Source: Candidatus Micrarchaeota archaeon | GTDB taxonomy: Archaea > Micrarchaeota > Micrarchaeia > Burarchaeales > JACRGF01 | DNA: 46,995 nt | Assembly (NCBI GenBank): GCA_016212395.1 | Contig: JACRGF010000005.1 | Location: 1-46,995 of the forward strand | Direction: 5' to 3' | Shown: positions 1 through 7,654 of the stretch, one piece after another | Layout of the letters: every line of letters starts with the position of its first letter | Numbering within the stretch: the stretch's first letter is position 1 | Made by a program: the position numbers and the translations under genes | Notes under the pieces: generated by a model | What the model saw: only the letters and a program-made list of their open reading frames with translations | Database searches by the model: none | What the model was told of the DNA's origin: nothing

Positions 1-985
1 AGAATTGCTTCAGCACTATGAAAACGTCTATGAGCGGGATTATTTCAGTGGGCACGTTCATGGGCGCGTTTTCAAGGCGCGTGACAGCGTCACGCGAGCT
101 GGAGGCATGAAGCGTGCCCATGCAGATTTTTCCGATGTTCATTGCAGTCATCAAGTCGCTTGCTTCAGCCCCGCGCACTTCACCGACGATTATCCTGCTC
201 GGCCGCATGCGCAGGCTGTTCTTCACCAAGCCAGCCATTGAAACGCTTTCGCTTGCCTCGAGGCGCGCGCAGTTCTCGTTCGTTTCAGTGTTAAGCTCAA
301 GCGTGTCTTCAATCACTACAACTCGCTCGTTCGGAGGCATGAAGGCAAACAACGCGTTCAGCAAAGTCGTCTTGCCGCTTCCGGGAGTTCCGGCGATGAG
401 AATGTTCGCCGGCTTCAAGCGCAGGCCGTCAGCGTAAAGCCACAATTGCGCGCCCAATGAATAGTTGAGCATTCCGGACTCAATCAAGTCTATTAGGCTG
501 AGAGGCTCGTGCCTGAATTTTCTAATCGTAATCTGCGGGCCCATTGGAGAGCTTGCGACATTCGCCCTGCAACCGTTAGGCAAGTGAAAATCGTTCAGCT
601 CCTCGAGCTTTTCCCTTCCTGAGAAAACGAGGAGTTTTTTTATGAACAAATTCAACTCTTCAAGCGAAGAAAACTTTTTGTTCGAGCGCGCCACTCCTTT
701 CTTTGAAGAGAAAGTAAACGCGGGCTTGAGCGCGTTCACCATAATGTCTTCAACGTCAGCGTCGTTCATGAACTCTTCCAAAATCCCGTATGATAGCACT
801 TCGTCAACTATTTTCTTTTTCTTGTCTTGCGAAATTTTTCCGAAAATTTCTTCAGCGAACTTTGAAACAAGCTGCTCCTGCTCTGCGCGCGACTGGATGA
901 AGGAAATCTTGCCAACGAGCTTTTTGAAAAGCTTTTCCATTCTCGTCTCTTCATCTGTTTTTACTGTTTCAATTTCAAGTTTCAA
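1..985 (-). CDS. Type II/IV secretion ATPase, VirB11/TadA(CpaF)-like; 3' end runs off the window
   Basis: Not in the ORF track because there is no stop in the window. Manual minus-strand translation from TTG at 985 (GGTGG RBS at 991-995) gives GPQITIRKF, Walker A ILIAGTPGSGKTTLL, Asp box VVIEDTLEL, LRMRPSRIIVGEVRG (Walker B) and His box GTLHA. Confidence 0.93.
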   Translation of the reverse strand, partial: MKLEIETVKTDEETRMEKLFKKLVGKISFIQSRAEQEQLVSKFAEEIFGKISQDKKKKIVDEVLSYGILEEFMNDADVEDIMVNALKPAFTFSSKKGVARSNKKFSSLEELNLFIKKLLVFSGREKLEELNDFHLPNGCRANVASSPMGPQITIRKFRHEPLSLIDLIESGMLNYSLGAQLWLYADGLRLKPANILIAGTPGSGKTTLLNALFAFMPPNERVVVIEDTLELNTETNENCARLEASESVSMAGLVKNSLRMRPSRIIVGEVRGAEASDLMTAMNIGKICMGTLHASSSRDAVTRLENAPMNVPTEIIPLIDVFIVLKQF

Positions 986-995
986 AAAAACCACC

Positions 996-2141
996 TTAAA
1001 TCAGTTTTACCAGTCCTGACGCGAGTTCTGAAACATCAGCGCCGAACAAGTCAGCAAGAGCTTTCGTGACAGTAAAAGTAATTGTTAGCGCAACGAGCGG
1101 GTAGAGGAAAACTTCATGCATCAGGAACGGTATTATTTTTTCCACTCCAGTAAGCCATCCAGCTGCCTTGTTCGTGTTTTGACTGAGCCACAGCATCGCC
1201 CTAGCGAACGAGTCGAGGTCAGGGGAAGCGTCTTTCTGCGGAATGTACACGTTCGCAGAATCTCCTCCAAGCGTTTCGTACGCAACGCACGCAGCGCTCT
1301 CTATTCCAGTGGCAGGGAGTGCAGAGCCTGGCGCTGCGTGCTGTATTTGCCCGGCGTTAGCAGAGAGCACGAGAGTGAACGCTAGAGGGTAGAAAAAGTA
1401 CAATCCGATAGCAAGCCCTATCATCAGCGCTCCAGCGCCTCGCGTGAGCGGGAACGTGCGCAAAACTATTCCAACTGGAAGAAAGTACGCGAGCATAGTG
1501 TATTTTATCAAGACAAGCAATGCTTTCTGGAAGTAAATAGCAATGAACAAAAAGGAAAGGTTGTGCACTACAAAGTGCGAGAGGTTGACGAACGGGGCGA
1601 GAGCCCAGCCGCTCACTGAAAAAATTCCTCCAACGGAAAACTCGCTTTTCTCAACTACTTCAATGGGAAAGTTGATCGCGTAAAGCCGAGTGTACATTTT
1701 CTTCATGCACTTGAGCGCGCCGTACTCTCTGCCGACAATGCCGTCGGAAACACACTCGCTTCCAGCACAGCCTAAGTAAAACTGGGTTACTTCAAAAGGG
1801 TCGCCTCCTCTAAACTCTGCAGGAATGTTCGCGAGCGGCGCGCCTGTTGCTTCCAAGTCTGTTACTATCGCGCCTGTTTTTTCAAGCATTATGCCAACGA
1901 TTGAAGGCGAAGCTGAACTCAATGCTGCAACCAAGCCGAGCACGAGGATTGATGAGACTGCTGCTTGCACGAATTCCTGCCTTGACCAGCGCTTCAAGTT
2001 AGGCAAGTCGAAAGCAACTGAAAGCATGTACGCTATTGAAACAGTAAAGAAGGAAATGAGCACTGCGAGCAGAGCGTTCGCTTGCCATCCTGCACTCCAC
2101 GTGCTCATCAACGCGCTGACTGCACCGTCCATCCATGCCAA
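996..2141 (-). CDS. Polytopic membrane protein, CedA/VirB6-like paralogue (6th in transcription order)
   Basis: ORF 996-2156, with TTG at 2141 behind GGAGGT as the likely start. Several hydrophobic helices; motifs LKRWSRQEFVQ, LPVGIVLRTFPLTRGAGALMIGLAIGLYFFYPL and C-terminal LFGADVSELASGLVKLI are shared with its neighbours. The family name is an inference. Confidence 0.75.
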   Translation of the reverse strand: MAWMDGAVSALMSTWSAGWQANALLAVLISFFTVSIAYMLSVAFDLPNLKRWSRQEFVQAAVSSILVLGLVAALSSASPSIVGIMLEKTGAIVTDLEATGAPLANIPAEFRGGDPFEVTQFYLGCAGSECVSDGIVGREYGALKCMKKMYTRLYAINFPIEVVEKSEFSVGGIFSVSGWALAPFVNLSHFVVHNLSFLFIAIYFQKALLVLIKYTMLAYFLPVGIVLRTFPLTRGAGALMIGLAIGLYFFYPLAFTLVLSANAGQIQHAAPGSALPATGIESAACVAYETLGGDSANVYIPQKDASPDLDSFARAMLWLSQNTNKAAGWLTGVEKIIPFLMHEVFLYPLVALTITFTVTKALADLFGADVSELASGLVKLI

Positions 2142-2163
2142 ACGAATTACCTCCAAATAATCG

Positions 2164-3981
2164 CTAAATCATTCTAGTCAAGTTTGAAATATCCATTTCT
2201 TCCCCAAGAAACTTTGAAAGGTCCCGCACTAAGTTGATTATTAAAATCAAGTTTATAGTAGGGAGAATAAACGCAGTGACGAACAAAGTTATGGCGAGGT
2301 TAATCAAAGCACTCAACGCAACAGTCGTGCCTCCTATTATCACTGCAAAACCTGCACCCCAAGCAGCCCCGAGCAACAGCCCTGACTTGAAAGGCAGAGT
2401 CAACAGGTTCGCGTACATCAAGAAAATCGCGTTGGTTAAAAGACTGTTCAAAGCAAAACCGCCGGTGTTCTTTAAAATTGATGAAACGCTTGAAGCGCCA
2501 ACTCCAGAGTCGAAAGAACAAGTTGCATCTTCACTGCAAATTCCAGTGCACGTGCCAGTGCTCGCGCTCGCAGGGATTTTTTCGCAATACTTGCTTTCGC
2601 AGTCGTCATTGCTAGTGCAGGATGTTCTTCCCTCGCAAACTGCAGCGCCTCCAGGCAGGACTGCGCAACATTCGTCATTAGCCCTGCACGCTCCGCCTGA
2701 AACACTGCAAGGCTTGCACGCCCAATCGCTTCCTGAAGAATCAATCTCGCCTTTAGAATTGATTTTAACTTTCACGCCAGTGCAGCACTCTTTTTCAACC
2801 CCGGAAAAAGTGCCTGCAGTGTTTTTCTCGAGTTTTCCTGAAACAAGGCAAGGCTTGCACCAGCCCCGGTCAGAGCAAGTTCCGATCGCGCAACGGCCTT
2901 TGAAAGTGCCGTCGTGCGTGCCTCCAATGCAAGTGCACGTGCAAGGGCCAGTCTTGCATGAATGGTCATCATCGCACGCGCGGACAGGATCAGCACCAAC
3001 GCATTCTCTCGAGTAGCAATCACTGTCGATACTGCATTTAGCTCCGCCGCATCTTCCGTTAGGGCTGGTTGGGGAACACTCTGGAGAAAGCGGCTTTTTA
3101 CACGCATCTGGAGCTTTGGAGCAGCAGTCGCTTGCATATTGGCATGTTCCGCTTTCAAGAGCTTGGTCGGATAATTTGTCAGTAAAGTCTTTAGCTACTG
3201 CAGCGTTTATTCCAATTTCTACGGGGTAGAAGAAGAACAAGCCCAAGCCGAGCGCCATGAGCGCGCCTCCAAAACGCCTGGTTGGCTTGAAGCACCTGCA
3301 TACTACTCCAAGCGGAAGCCAGACGGTGAGTGAAGTGAGCATTACGAACTTTAAAATCTCGGCTTGAATCAAGTTCGTAATCCACGCGATAGTGAGCGCG
3401 TTCAACAACATTGAAAAACCGCTCAAGACCGAGCTCATGCCCGAGAACGGGACTGCGTTCGCGCCAATGCCTCCAGGGCTGTTTCCCTGGTAAAAGCTCG
3501 TCGCAAGAGCAACACGCCAGTAAACAATAAGCACGTGAACGTAACCGGAAATTATTTTCTCGTTCAGCCAATTCAAGTAAGAAAAGCAGACGTTGTACAA
3601 CCCGCTGATGCCAGCAGTTCCAGTGAGCGGAGTTATTCCAAGAAGCTGGGGGCCCAATTCATTGCACATCAAGCTCGCAACCCACACTGCATTAGCTACA
3701 ATCACGAGCGAAACCGCTGTTTGGTAGAAGTCGTCTTTCGCTCCAACAACCAAATCAGGCTTCTGGAGAATCTCGCCAACCATGTAAAACAACGCGACGA
3801 GGAAAAAACCAATCAAGCCTCCGATGAGCGAGTAAGTGACCCAGTCGCCCCACAACCCGTGGCCGCAAACATGGTCGCCACGCAAGTCGCTTGGAATCGC
3901 GCTCGAGATAGTGTCACGGCTGCCAATACAGCCGGAAAAGAACACTAATGCCACTGCCAACAGCCAAAATTTTTGGTTCAT
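2164..3981 (-). CDS. Polytopic membrane protein, CedA/VirB6-like paralogue with lipobox-like N-terminus and large Cys-rich extracellular insert
   Basis: MNQKFWLLAVALVFFSGC signal; LPLGVVCRCFKPTRRFGGALMALGLGLFFFYP; about 210-aa insert with repeated C-x2-D-x-D/E-C motifs; C-terminus FLGEEMDISNLTRMI. Confidence 0.78.
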   Translation of the reverse strand: MNQKFWLLAVALVFFSGCIGSRDTISSAIPSDLRGDHVCGHGLWGDWVTYSLIGGLIGFFLVALFYMVGEILQKPDLVVGAKDDFYQTAVSLVIVANAVWVASLMCNELGPQLLGITPLTGTAGISGLYNVCFSYLNWLNEKIISGYVHVLIVYWRVALATSFYQGNSPGGIGANAVPFSGMSSVLSGFSMLLNALTIAWITNLIQAEILKFVMLTSLTVWLPLGVVCRCFKPTRRFGGALMALGLGLFFFYPVEIGINAAVAKDFTDKLSDQALESGTCQYASDCCSKAPDACKKPLSPECSPTSPNGRCGGAKCSIDSDCYSRECVGADPVRACDDDHSCKTGPCTCTCIGGTHDGTFKGRCAIGTCSDRGWCKPCLVSGKLEKNTAGTFSGVEKECCTGVKVKINSKGEIDSSGSDWACKPCSVSGGACRANDECCAVLPGGAAVCEGRTSCTSNDDCESKYCEKIPASASTGTCTGICSEDATCSFDSGVGASSVSSILKNTGGFALNSLLTNAIFLMYANLLTLPFKSGLLLGAAWGAGFAVIIGGTTVALSALINLAITLFVTAFILPTINLILIINLVRDLSKFLGEEMDISNLTRMI

Positions 3982-4006
3982 GAAACTCCACTCTGATTTT
4001 ATTTCT

Positions 4007-5197
4007 CTAAATTATTCTCGTTAGCGCGGAAATGTTCACGTCTCCTCCGAGTATTTTCGCGAGCTCTCGCGTGAACGTCAAAGTTATTACGAGGCTTATG
4101 AAAGGCATTATAAAGCCGAGAATGATGAGGAACCACAGCACTTCAGGAGCAAGCGAGAACACGATTGGAAGGAAAATAAACACTGATTTGCTTGACCACA
4201 TGAACATCCAGAACACTACAGCGCCGAAACCTTCCCACATGCCTCGCGACGGGCTGTTGGTAATGTCTTCGTAAAGCGCTCTGAACGTTGCTCCGGCAGC
4301 ATGAAGCGAACACTGCCCCAAATCACTCCAGTTTAGAATAGCGCAGTGGTTGACGAGCACTTGAATGCTCAAATAGTAAGTGAGAGGAAACACTATGTAA
4401 AACCCGAGAGCAATAGCAATCATCGCGCTTCCTCTCGAGCGCGTGAACGGGAAAGAACGAAGCACTATTCCAATTGGCAGGAACAACGCCAGCATTTTTT
4501 CCTTGATGAACCCGATCAACGCCATTTGCCCGTAAAGCCCAGCCAAGCCAATGCCCAAAGCATTCAACAGCATTCCGTTCGCGTCCATGATGGGCCTGAG
4601 GACAACGGCAGGCTGGAACCTGAAGCCCACCCTGCTCGGCATGAGCGATAAAGTCATTGAAGCCCACTGCCCGAAGCCCATGTTAAGCCGGCTGAAAAAC
4701 AAGTATTCTCCAAGCAAAAGGTTTCTTGAAACGTCCAAATACCCCTCGGCAACGCTGAAAGCAGTCGGGTGCTCGGAGTCGTTGAGTACGCTGTGAGTTA
4801 TTCCGGAAAGCATCAACCCGCTTAGAATGTCGCTCGCGTTCACTACCGCGAAAGCAGCGCCGATTATAATTGCAGTCGCGAGCACTTGAAACAACTCGTT
4901 CTTGCCCCACGCGAACAACTCGCGGAAGTTCAACGCGAACGCGAAGCCCATAATCAAAGCAACAATCATGAAGACAAGCACGAGAGCTGCAAGCGAAACT
5001 TGAACCCAGTCAGCAACTTGCATTTCGCAAATTTCCGTTTCGTAGTTCGCGCGCAAGCCTGGACAGCAAATACTTTGCGGGTCGTTTGGATTAAAGTTAG
5101 CCCCATTATCACTGCACGGAATAACTGCTCCAGCGCAACCGCTGAGTGAAAACAACAGGCAACTGATTGCAAGCAATGCAAGCAAATTTTTATTCAT
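4007..5197 (-). CDS. Polytopic membrane protein, CedA/VirB6-like paralogue with lipobox-like N-terminus
   Basis: Likely start MNKNLLALLAISCLLFSLSGC at 5197; ELFAWGKNELFQ; LPIGIVLRSFPFTRSRGSAMIAIALGFYIVFPL; C-terminus ILGGDVNISALTRII. Confidence 0.78.
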   Translation of the reverse strand: MNKNLLALLAISCLLFSLSGCAGAVIPCSDNGANFNPNDPQSICCPGLRANYETEICEMQVADWVQVSLAALVLVFMIVALIMGFAFALNFRELFAWGKNELFQVLATAIIIGAAFAVVNASDILSGLMLSGITHSVLNDSEHPTAFSVAEGYLDVSRNLLLGEYLFFSRLNMGFGQWASMTLSLMPSRVGFRFQPAVVLRPIMDANGMLLNALGIGLAGLYGQMALIGFIKEKMLALFLPIGIVLRSFPFTRSRGSAMIAIALGFYIVFPLTYYLSIQVLVNHCAILNWSDLGQCSLHAAGATFRALYEDITNSPSRGMWEGFGAVVFWMFMWSSKSVFIFLPIVFSLAPEVLWFLIILGFIMPFISLVITLTFTRELAKILGGDVNISALTRII

Positions 5198-5232
5198 GGA
5201 AACCAATTCCAAACAAAACCAATCAAAACAAT

Positions 5233-6387
5233 TCAAATTAATCTCGTCAAGCCTGCTATTTCAACGTCTCCTCCAAGCAAGGGGGAGAGGACTTTAATGA
5301 ATGAAATCGTGAGCACGAGTGAAACGAACGGGACGAACGTGGTGAACACTAAGAGCCTGCCCACGCGGTCGAACAGCCCTCCTGTATCCATGAGCAAGTC
5401 TCCGTTCACCCAATTCCACATGCTTGAAGCAAGGCCAGCCTGGTTGGTCTGCATGATGATGCGGTCGCCAGTGCGGGAGTTAGGCTGGAAAGTGTAAGTG
5501 CCGAGGTCGTCAATGTCTGATTGTTTTACTTTAAACAGCCAGTTTCCAACGCAAGGCTTGGAGTAATCATAAGCTCCAGTAGCGTCCAGGCACGTTGAGT
5601 AAATCGCGTCTTTCGCGAAAACGTAGGAAAGCGGGAACACGAAGTACAAGCCGAGCGCGATCGCGATCATCAAGCCTCCGAGCTTGCGCGTGAAGAAAAA
5701 AGTTCGGCAGAGTATGCCTATGCACATGAACGACGGGAACAAAGCGGTTTGGACTAGCTTCAGCACGTACTGCTGTGCTTTCACGAGCATCATTATCTTC
5801 ATGAGAGAGTCAAAGCAGATGGTCAAGCTGTTTGAAATCATTGAAGTGCCTGCAAAAGGAGTGAAGCTGAACGAGTACCACGGAGGGTTGATTGACTCGA
5901 CGAACAAGTTCATTCCGGACATTATGAGGAACCACGTGTTCAACTGGAGAATGTTCTTGTTCATTTCGCGCACGTCGCTGTAAATAGACTTCAGCATTTT
6001 CTGGCCGAGCTCGATAGGGCAGTCTTCAGGCTGGCTGCAGCCGAGCGTGCTGCCGAAGGAATCAAACGTCAACTGGTTTATAGTGGTTATGAAGAACAAG
6101 ACGTTCGCGACTATCAAGCCTGTCGCGAGCAGTTGGCCGAACTCGCTCTTGCTCCACGCGAGCAACTCCTTGTGGTTGATGATGGACGCGCCCATGTACA
6201 TGAGCACTGCAACGAAAGTGGAAATGAGCATTGCAGCAAAAATCGCGGTCTTCCACTGGAAGAACATGAAATTGAAAATTTGCGCGCCGTTGAAAACCGG
6301 AAACCCTCCGCCAGCGCCAATGCTCACGCAACCAAAGGAAAAAAACAATGCGGACAACGCCAGCAGTGAAAACAGTTTCAAACGCAT
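5233..6387 (-). CDS. Polytopic membrane protein, CedA/VirB6-like paralogue with lipobox-like N-terminus
   Basis: Likely start MRLKLFSLLALSALFFSFGC at 6387, since the upstream ORF extension is low-complexity DNA; ELLAWSKSEFGQ; IGILCRTFFFTRKLGGLMIAIALGLYFVFPL; C-terminus LLGGDVEIAGLTRLI. Confidence 0.78.
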   Translation of the reverse strand: MRLKLFSLLALSALFFSFGCVSIGAGGGFPVFNGAQIFNFMFFQWKTAIFAAMLISTFVAVLMYMGASIINHKELLAWSKSEFGQLLATGLIVANVLFFITTINQLTFDSFGSTLGCSQPEDCPIELGQKMLKSIYSDVREMNKNILQLNTWFLIMSGMNLFVESINPPWYSFSFTPFAGTSMISNSLTICFDSLMKIMMLVKAQQYVLKLVQTALFPSFMCIGILCRTFFFTRKLGGLMIAIALGLYFVFPLSYVFAKDAIYSTCLDATGAYDYSKPCVGNWLFKVKQSDIDDLGTYTFQPNSRTGDRIIMQTNQAGLASSMWNWVNGDLLMDTGGLFDRVGRLLVFTTFVPFVSLVLTISFIKVLSPLLGGDVEIAGLTRLI

Positions 6388-6412
6388 ACGAAACAACTCG
6401 TTACTCTTGCAA

Positions 6413-6534
6413 ACGCATACAACCAAACACTCACGAAAACAACATGAACAAAACAACTTCGAACAACAAAAAACCCCGCAAAACAATTCACGCAAGCAAA
6501 CGACGCATACAACCAAACACTCACGAAAACAACA
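6413..6534. repeat. 32-bp exact direct repeat in an A/C-rich intergenic tract
   Basis: acgcatacaaccaaacactcacgaaaacaaca at 6413-6444 and 6503-6534. Confidence 0.85.
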
Positions 6535-6655
6535 CGCAAAACGATTTTCACGCGAAAACTTTTTTTGTTCATGCACACTCAAAACGATTTTCGCGCGCGA
6601 GCAAGTTTTCTTCACACGCAAACAACAATAATCTCGAAATACTTTTTTTCAGATT

Positions 6656-7609
6656 TCACCCGAATTTCATTATCAATTCTCTGTTGAGGGCTTTAATGAA
6701 TGTTATTGTTATCACCATTGACATTGACGGCAGGAACAACGCTTGCGGGATGATGTGCGCAATTGTTACGAACGCGTTGCACATTTGGTTGAATATTACA
6801 CTCGTGAAAATTATGAATGCAGGGTCTGGAGTTGGCGCGACGAGCGTGTAGTAGCACGCGTCGAATATCCTGAACATGCCGTCAGGAGCGTTCAAGTCAT
6901 GCCACAACACTTGCTGTGCGCGGTCGTACACGGCGTAAGTGAGCGGGAGTATTATGAACAAGCCGAACGCAGTGGCTATCGCGAAAGCGCCTGCCTCGCG
7001 CGTTGGAGAGAAAACGCGCAAGAGAATGCCGACAGGCAAGAGGATAGTGAAGGCAGTTGCCTGAATAAACTGAAGCCCTAACTGCTGTGCGAAAAGGCTG
7101 GAAACAAAGACAGGCACGAAAGTTTCAATAACTCCAAGCGAACTTTCAATTCCCTTAAAGCCAGCAAGAGGGTTGTACGAATAACCCCACGAAGGCTGAG
7201 CAACTTGAACAGTATAACTCGAGTACATTTCCGCGTACACTTGCAGAGTGATTAACGCCTTCAAGGATTCAGTCGCAAGGTTGCTAACGCGCGCCAAGTA
7301 CTCGTTCGCAACTTCAAAATGGCCGACGTCAGTGCCAGTGCCTGCCTTTCCCGAAAGTTGGGTGGCAAGCGTGCACGCAACTCCTGAAGCGAACAAGCAG
7401 TTCGCGAGAAGAAAACAAGAAATTACCGCCTGCCAAATTTCCATTCGCACGTAAGCTTCCCAATCCGCGCGCTTGAATAAACGCGCAGCCATGAACATCG
7501 CGCCGAGAATAATGAGCACTGCGAGAACAGCAGTGCGGATAGCCCCGCCCATGGCTCCGCCACCAGCAGGGTCAATAAACACGTCCAAAGGCGCGCAATA
7601 CGACGGCAA
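6656..7609 (-). CDS. Polytopic membrane protein, CedA/VirB6-like paralogue (shortest copy)
   Basis: DWEAYVRMEIWQAVIS; YNPLAGF; LLPVGILLRVFSPTREAGAFAIATAFGLFIILPL; the C-terminal motif is shortened (ALNRELIMKFG). Confidence 0.75.
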   Translation of the reverse strand: MPSYCAPLDVFIDPAGGGAMGGAIRTAVLAVLIILGAMFMAARLFKRADWEAYVRMEIWQAVISCFLLANCLFASGVACTLATQLSGKAGTGTDVGHFEVANEYLARVSNLATESLKALITLQVYAEMYSSYTVQVAQPSWGYSYNPLAGFKGIESSLGVIETFVPVFVSSLFAQQLGLQFIQATAFTILLPVGILLRVFSPTREAGAFAIATAFGLFIILPLTYAVYDRAQQVLWHDLNAPDGMFRIFDACYYTLVAPTPDPAFIIFTSVIFNQMCNAFVTIAHIIPQALFLPSMSMVITITFIKALNRELIMKFG

Positions 7610-7654
7610 AACAAACTACCCCCAAAACCACAAAACTACTAAACTCCAAAACCA

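Noticed and set aside
5-1019. Plus-strand ORFs 5-241, 114-437 and 642-1019
   Set aside because: Antisense shadows of the secretion ATPase on the minus strand.
6413-6534. 32-bp direct repeat as a possible CRISPR array
   Set aside because: Only two copies, a 58-bp low-complexity spacer, and no cas genes in the window.
6388-6621. Cys/Phe/Val-rich N-terminal extension of ORF 5233-6621, and the similar extension at 20305-20394
   Set aside because: Translation of low-complexity A/C-rich intergenic DNA; better starts with signal peptides lie downstream.
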